The notes below the pieces were generated by a model. It saw only the letters and a program-made list of their open reading frames with translations, did not search any database and was not told the origin of the DNA. From Spirochaetia bacterium (GTDB lineage Bacteria; Spirochaetota; Spirochaetia; CAKZLE01), in the NCBI GenBank assembly GCA_963677595.1, contig OY782041.1, positions 4,192,001 through 4,256,000 of the forward strand: a DNA stretch of 64,000 bases, in the 5' to 3' direction. Shown one piece after another: positions 58,894 to 64,000 of the stretch; the first letter of the stretch is position 1, and each line of letters opens with the position of its first letter. The position numbers were made by a program, and so were the translations under genes.

Positions 58894-61602
58894 TCAAGGA
58901 GACAGGAAGAGCGGGATGTCTAAGAGGATCAGCTCGATCGCCGGCTGATTGTCAGAGAACCGCCAGCTCAAGCGTAACCCGGAGGAGAACTGCATCGTGC
59001 TCCTGTTGAAGAAGGTCATATCGGCAAGGAACTCCACCCCCGCCGAGACGAGGGTGTCCTGCGTCCCCGCGGTCGCATCCGCGAAGATGGCACCCCTGAT
59101 ACGCTTCGTGAAGAGCGTCGAGAGGATCGATGCATCGGGGTAGAGGATCGGCAGCTCATAGCTGATCCCCGCAGTCGCGAGCAGGCCATCCACACCGGCA
59201 AGCGGGGAAACATCAGCGAGTTGGTACCCCCTGGCAGGGGTGACGGCCGTCGGAAGTCCAGAACTGTTCCTCCACTCCCCGGAGAGGATGACCTCTACCG
59301 AGTGATCATCGAAGAACGACGGCATCGCTGCCGTCACATCCATATTTGCCCTGAGTGGAGAGGCTGCCACCCCGTTCAGGTCAGGGAGGAGCAGCAGGTT
59401 CGTCCTAACCGAGAACCCGGGGGAGAGCCCGGGGATGGAACGGTAGGGGGCGATCCTTCCGAACGAGAACTCATCGATGAACCCGAGGGTGACCGGATAG
59501 GCTGACTCATAGAGGTCAGTCACCGCACCATACACCCCGATCCGGTGGCTGAGGGCATTGCCGTATCGCTCCAGGTACTGGGATGAGGAGAGGATCGCAT
59601 CGACCTCGTAATCCAGGTCGCCTGCCGTATCATAGAAGAGATTCCCAAGCAGCCCCGCATCGAGGTATCGCCCCTGGTGGGTCAGCCCGGCACGGGCAGA
59701 GAACTCCCCGTCCCCGGGGATATACCCCACAGAGGTGTAGGTCTGCCATTCGAGACGGGGGTCAGCAGTCCTCAGCCCCAGAGAGAGCTCATCGAACCGG
59801 TCAGGAAGGAGGATTCCCCAGGCATAGGGGTTCAAGGCCCACCTGAAGGAGTTGTACGGCTCAGTCACCAAGGAGGCATCATCAACACGGGCTATCTCCT
59901 CATGAGGGAGTTCCAGGTCATAGCTTCCCGAGACATAACCTGAGCCGAAGCCCTCGGTCATGTAGTAACCGGGCTCCACGTGGTAGATCGCCTCATGGTC
60001 GAAGGATTCCTGCCCGATGGCATAGAGATCACCGTCGATGACCCTCGGGGCCCACAGTCCATACGGGGAATCTGTGAGCTGGGTCAGGGACGTACTGCCC
60101 GGGTCCAGGCGGTAAAGCTCCTGGCTCCCGTTCTCATCGGATGAGAGGTAGATCGCATCCCCTTCCCTCTCCAGACCTGAGACGAAGTGGTGCCCCAGAG
60201 AAAAGAGCTCCGTAACAACACTCTGGTGATCGATCTCCACGACCTCGCGCCCCTCATCCCCTTCCAGGATCGCGACATACGTTTCCCCATCCATGATCAC
60301 ATCAGAGAGATAGACCGGCTCATCGAACGCTGATTCCCATACCAGGGTTGAGGAGGCTATATCATAGGTATGGATCGTGGAGAGGCTGTGGGGATCGAAG
60401 GAGACCACCGTGACCTCATCCCCTTCGATAAACGGCTTGCCGGTGAAGATGCCCTGCGCTATATCCCACACCTTACCCGACTCCCGGTCATAGACTGCCA
60501 GCACGGCTGTCGTGATGGTAGCATCGAAGGGGTCGGGCCGGTGCTCGACCCAGGCGACATACGAGGGGGAAATATCGGCATCAGCGGCAGGGATCGGCCG
60601 TATCTCCTCTACCTGGCCATCATAGACCTCCTTGAGCATCAGGCCGTGAGACCGGTCATACTCGAGGAGGGTGATCCTGCCATCCTCAACGAGGAAGTCA
60701 GCCAGGTAGGAGTACCCCATCGCTGAAGCGGTGTAGACCTGCTCCCGGGGGCTCTCCTCCCTGCCATCCATGAGCCAATCAGAGAGCAGGTCCGTCTTCA
60801 CCGCCTCGAAGAGTCCTTCCGGCGTGGTGAACCTCCCGGTCACCGCGGAGATCGCGATGGTCGGGGAGAGGTAGGGAACTGGGAAGTTCCCCATGGTCCT
60901 GAGGAGTTTCCCTGCCGCATTTATCCCGTATTCGTTGAGCAGGTAGCCCATGAGGTAATACCCGTAGACATAGTGGTTCGGCATATTGTGGATGTATGAC
61001 CCGTTCGTCAACTCCTCCCAGGTGATGAAGGGGTGCTCGAGGAGCAGGGCCCTGAAGCGCCTGGTGAACTCGGCCGAGCGGCCCCTGCCCTCCTCGGAGT
61101 AGATCGTCTCCGAGACGACGGCATCCCCCTCGAAGATCCAGGAGGGCACATAGGCGTGGCTCAAGGCTGTCATGAGCTGCATACCGCCAAGGACCCTGGC
61201 AAGGTCCGTGATCCCGCTCGATACCGTCTCGTACTGGACCATATGGCGTCCCTCATGGAGGGAGAGCAGGTGGAGCCACTCCGGCGCGGGGAAGAAGTCA
61301 TCCAGGGGCGTCGTCTCCCAGACCGTACGGGCTACCGGGAGCGAGACATATCCCGACGCAGAGGAGGACTCACGCTCAAGGAGTACCGGCCAGGTGAACT
61401 GCCTGCCGGTCCCAAGGATCGACCGGTATGCATCAAGGATGCCGCTGAGGTCGGAGGCCGCAGCACCTGCGATGTCACCATAGGCCTCCTCATGGATGAG
61501 GTGGATCTCTCCAAGCGTGGTCTCATACAGCTCTTCAGCAGGGAGTGCTGCTGCAAAGAAGAGGAAGAACATACATACCCAACGTCTCAGCGAGTTGCCC
61601 AT
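58894..61602 (-). CDS. exported protein: HExxH metallopeptidase-like domain + TolB-like propeller + putative beta-barrel
   Basis: Signal peptide; LHEGRH...WIFEGDAV; YLSSDENGSQELY; amphipathic C-terminal strands; AGGAGA RBS. Confidence 0.7.
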   Translation of the reverse strand: MGNSLRRWVCMFFLFFAAALPAEELYETTLGEIHLIHEEAYGDIAGAAASDLSGILDAYRSILGTGRQFTWPVLLERESSSASGYVSLPVARTVWETTPLDDFFPAPEWLHLLSLHEGRHMVQYETVSSGITDLARVLGGMQLMTALSHAYVPSWIFEGDAVVSETIYSEEGRGRSAEFTRRFRALLLEHPFITWEELTNGSYIHNMPNHYVYGYYLMGYLLNEYGINAAGKLLRTMGNFPVPYLSPTIAISAVTGRFTTPEGLFEAVKTDLLSDWLMDGREESPREQVYTASAMGYSYLADFLVEDGRITLLEYDRSHGLMLKEVYDGQVEEIRPIPAADADISPSYVAWVEHRPDPFDATITTAVLAVYDRESGKVWDIAQGIFTGKPFIEGDEVTVVSFDPHSLSTIHTYDIASSTLVWESAFDEPVYLSDVIMDGETYVAILEGDEGREVVEIDHQSVVTELFSLGHHFVSGLEREGDAIYLSSDENGSQELYRLDPGSTSLTQLTDSPYGLWAPRVIDGDLYAIGQESFDHEAIYHVEPGYYMTEGFGSGYVSGSYDLELPHEEIARVDDASLVTEPYNSFRWALNPYAWGILLPDRFDELSLGLRTADPRLEWQTYTSVGYIPGDGEFSARAGLTHQGRYLDAGLLGNLFYDTAGDLDYEVDAILSSSQYLERYGNALSHRIGVYGAVTDLYESAYPVTLGFIDEFSFGRIAPYRSIPGLSPGFSVRTNLLLLPDLNGVAASPLRANMDVTAAMPSFFDDHSVEVILSGEWRNSSGLPTAVTPARGYQLADVSPLAGVDGLLATAGISYELPILYPDASILSTLFTKRIRGAIFADATAGTQDTLVSAGVEFLADMTFFNRSTMQFSSGLRLSWRFSDNQPAIELILLDIPLFLSP

Positions 61603-61665
61603 AGCCTGTCTCCTAGTGTGCGAAATCGTTTTATTCAACATCAGTATAACTGAGAAGGCTGACTA

Positions 61666-61694
61666 TTGACAGACAGTTTCCTATGGATTAGGTT
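61666..61694 (+). promoter_or_regulatory. btu operon promoter TTGACA-17-TAGGTT
   Basis: Hexamers immediately upstream of the riboswitch. Confidence 0.6.
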
Positions 61695-61699
61695 GTAGG

Positions 61700-61882
61700 T
61701 TAGATTCCGGTCGGCTGAAAGCCGCCAAGAGGGAAACGGGTGAGAGTCCCGTACGGTCCCGCCACTGTAAAGGGGAGCCGTCCTGCCTGTCCCGGAGCGA
61801 TCCGGGAGTCCACTGTTCTGCTTTTTAGAACGGGAAGGATGCAGGACCGGCGATGACCTGAAGTCAGGAGACCTGCCGGAAC
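61700..61882 (+). ncRNA. cobalamin riboswitch
   Basis: AGGGAA.CGGGTGAGAGTCCCG..CGGTCCCGCCACTGTAA, CCACTG...GGGAAGG, B12 box AAGTCAGGAGACCTGCC; lies upstream of btuF-like gene. Confidence 0.93.
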
Positions 61883-61989
61883 GGCCAGCCATCGCAGATG
61901 GCCGTCATCGTCGATGACGAACTCACGGAGCATGAGTTACGGGGCAGCCCTCAGCTTGTGTTCTCTATTGTTATATGGAGACATATTCT

Positions 61990-62898
61990 ATGAAAAGACG
62001 AGTAGTACTTGTTCTCATGATCATGATGATGATCGCCGTACCGCTGACTGCCGGAGGGGTGAAGGAATCACCCATCGAGCATGAGAGCGACACGGTCTAT
62101 GTCGACTCCTACCAGCGAGTCGTTCGCATCCCTGCCGAGGTCACACGGGTCGTGTCGCTCGGGCCGAACATCACCGAAGCGATCTTCGCTCTCGGGCTGG
62201 GGGATAACCTCGTAGGTCGGACCGACTACTGCGACTACCCCGCAGAGGTATTCGATATCGCATCAGTCGGCACGATCACCGACCCGAACATCGAGACGAT
62301 CATCGAACTCGACCCAGACCTGGTCATCGGGTCCATCCACACCGAGAAAGAGACGCTCGACCGTCTTGAGGATGCGGGGATCACTACCGTCGGCATCTAC
62401 ACTGAGGAGAACTTCGCCGGCGTCTACCATACGATCAGCGACCTCGGGAAGATCCTCCGGGTCGAGGAAGAGGCAGACAGGATCGTCACGGAGATGCAGG
62501 ATACCATCAGCTATATCGAGGAGACCGTGAAGGGTGCAAAAGCACCTTCGGTCTACTACGTGGTAGGCTTCGGCGAGTGGGGGGACTTCACTGCCGGGGG
62601 CGACACCTTCATCAATGACATCATCACCCTCGCAGGCGGGAAGAACATCGCCGAGGATGTCTCCGGCTGGTCCTACAGCCTCGAGAAGATCATCGAGAAC
62701 GATCCCGACATCATCATCTGCTCAGAGTACTGGGGCACTCCTGAGATGTTCGCATCTACTCCCAGCTATGAGGACTTGCGTGCAGTCACCGAAGGGAACC
62801 TCTACCCGATCGACAACAACATGATCGATCGCCAGGGTGTCCGGAACGCTGCAGGCGCCCTGGTCCTCGCGAAGATATTCCACCCGGAGCTCTTCTAG
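61990..62898 (+). CDS. btuF: cobalamin ABC transporter substrate-binding protein
   Basis: RVVSLGPNITE, VGRTDYCDYP, PNIE.I..L.PDLV; riboswitch upstream. Confidence 0.88.
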   Translation: MKRRVVLVLMIMMMIAVPLTAGGVKESPIEHESDTVYVDSYQRVVRIPAEVTRVVSLGPNITEAIFALGLGDNLVGRTDYCDYPAEVFDIASVGTITDPNIETIIELDPDLVIGSIHTEKETLDRLEDAGITTVGIYTEENFAGVYHTISDLGKILRVEEEADRIVTEMQDTISYIEETVKGAKAPSVYYVVGFGEWGDFTAGGDTFINDIITLAGGKNIAEDVSGWSYSLEKIIENDPDIIICSEYWGTPEMFASTPSYEDLRAVTEGNLYPIDNNMIDRQGVRNAAGALVLAKIFHPELF

Positions 62899-62901
62899 GT
62901 C

Positions 62902-63939
62902 ATGAGCAGCCGCATGGGAGGAGCACACAGCAGGCAGGCCTCATTGCCGCTTATCATAGGGATCATCGTGCTCGTCTGCGCCTCCCTGCTCTCGATCTCG
63001 TTCGGAACGGCGAACATCAGCCTGTCTGATACGGTGAAGGTGCTGATCTTCGGGGATCAGGCGACAGATGTCTCCCGTTCCTATATCTACATCATCCAGT
63101 CGATCAGGATCCCGCGTGTCATAACGGCCGTGATCGTCGGCATGGCCCTTGCGGCATCGGGAGTGGTCTTCCAGTCCCTCTTCCGCAACCCCATGGCTGA
63201 GCCCTTCATCCTCGGCGTCTCATCAGGAGCTGCCTTCGGGGTCGCCTTCGCGGCCCTGGTCGGGGCCTTCGTCCTCGTTCCCGGCTCCTGGGGTATCCCG
63301 CTCTTCGCCTTCATCGGGGGGATCGGGGCATCGACGGTCATCTACCTCCTTTCAGGGGGAATGCGATCGACCTCGGTAACGCTGCTCCTCTCCGGGGTGG
63401 CGATGAACTTCCTCCTCTCGGCCATGATGTCCTTAAGCATGTACTTCAACCGGGAACAGCTCGAGGACATCATCTTCTGGACCATGGGATCCTTCTCCTC
63501 GGCAAGCTGGGAGAAGCTCCTCTTCATCTCACCGGTCATGGTCATAGGGCTCATCATCCTGCTCTTCTACCACCGGGAGATGGACCTGCTGCTGCTCGGT
63601 GATGAGGCGGCACGCTCCATGGGCCTCTCCATCAAGCGTACCCGCGTCATCCTGCTGGTGATCTCCACCCTGCTGACCGCGAGTGCCGTCGCCATCAGCG
63701 GCGTCATAGGGTTCGTCGGCCTGGTCACCCCCCATATCATGCGGATGATCGTCGGCCCGAGCCATAAGCGGCTGCTGCCGCTCGCCGTCATCCTCGGCGG
63801 GCTCTTCACCCTCGTTGCCGACACGATCGCGAGAGGAGTTCTCGAGAACTCCGAGATCCCGGTCGGGATCATTACCTCCATGACCGGGGCTCCCTTCTTC
63901 ATCTACCTCCTGCGCAGCCAGAAGAAGGAGGTGTTCTAG
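62902..63939 (+). CDS. btuC: cobalamin/iron-chelate ABC permease (FecCD family)
   Basis: IRIPRV, FRNPMAEPFILGVSSGA, GVIGFVGL, EIPVG. Confidence 0.88.
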   Translation: MSSRMGGAHSRQASLPLIIGIIVLVCASLLSISFGTANISLSDTVKVLIFGDQATDVSRSYIYIIQSIRIPRVITAVIVGMALAASGVVFQSLFRNPMAEPFILGVSSGAAFGVAFAALVGAFVLVPGSWGIPLFAFIGGIGASTVIYLLSGGMRSTSVTLLLSGVAMNFLLSAMMSLSMYFNREQLEDIIFWTMGSFSSASWEKLLFISPVMVIGLIILLFYHREMDLLLLGDEAARSMGLSIKRTRVILLVISTLLTASAVAISGVIGFVGLVTPHIMRMIVGPSHKRLLPLAVILGGLFTLVADTIARGVLENSEIPVGIITSMTGAPFFIYLLRSQKKEVF

Positions 63940-64000
63940 GTGAAGCATGAGCAGATCATCAGGATAGAGGACCTCTCCTGGTCCTACCATGAGGACCGGC
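63940..64000 (+). CDS. ABC transporter ATP-binding subunit, N-terminus (truncated by window)
   Basis: GTG start with AGGAGG RBS; MKHEQIIRIEDLSWSY resembles an ABC ATPase start; follows btuFC. Confidence 0.6.
   Translation, partial: MKHEQIIRIEDLSWSYHEDR

Noticed and set aside
61641-61933. Short minus-strand ORFs
   Set aside because: Antisense to the cobalamin riboswitch.

Overview
Chromosomal window from a free-living spirochaete (16S signature GGCGGCGCGTTTTAAGCATGC; Spirochaeta/Sphaerochaeta-like), GC-rich by eye except for one AT-rich island. From left to right: the 5' part of a 16S rRNA gene with two promoters; adk, a TPR lipoprotein, a long upp, lipoproteins and an MMPL/LolA-like/OM-barrel trio; an AT-rich ~6.8 kb Shango-like defence island (TerB-domain protein, DUF2791-type ATPase, Lhr-like helicase) flanked by a 188-bp imperfect direct repeat of the araA 3' end; lacI-araD-araA; and a ~36 kb accessory block bounded by two AAA+/DUF4143 (COG1373-type) genes. 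That block holds an AraC-linked redox cluster (flavodoxins, DUF4405, DUF3737, AKRs, CMD, ADH, DUF362), a GH36 sugar ABC locus and a GH78/two-component sugar ABC locus. The window ends with tRNA-Glu, tRNA-Lys, rnhA, an HExxH/propeller/barrel protein and a cobalamin riboswitch with btuFCD. The strongest sequence-level observations are: (1) both DUF4143 ATPase genes share a 32-bp-period tandem repeat overlapping the -35 of a predicted leaderless promoter; (2) the island repeat differs mostly at synonymous sites; (3) seven exported proteins carry a cysteine-free A-x-G-x-x-E motif after the signal peptide; (4) a three-copy AraC-type promoter motif and a two-copy response-regulator motif; (5) a vapBC remnant and an in-frame TGA. 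All family calls are by motif recognition; no database search was run.
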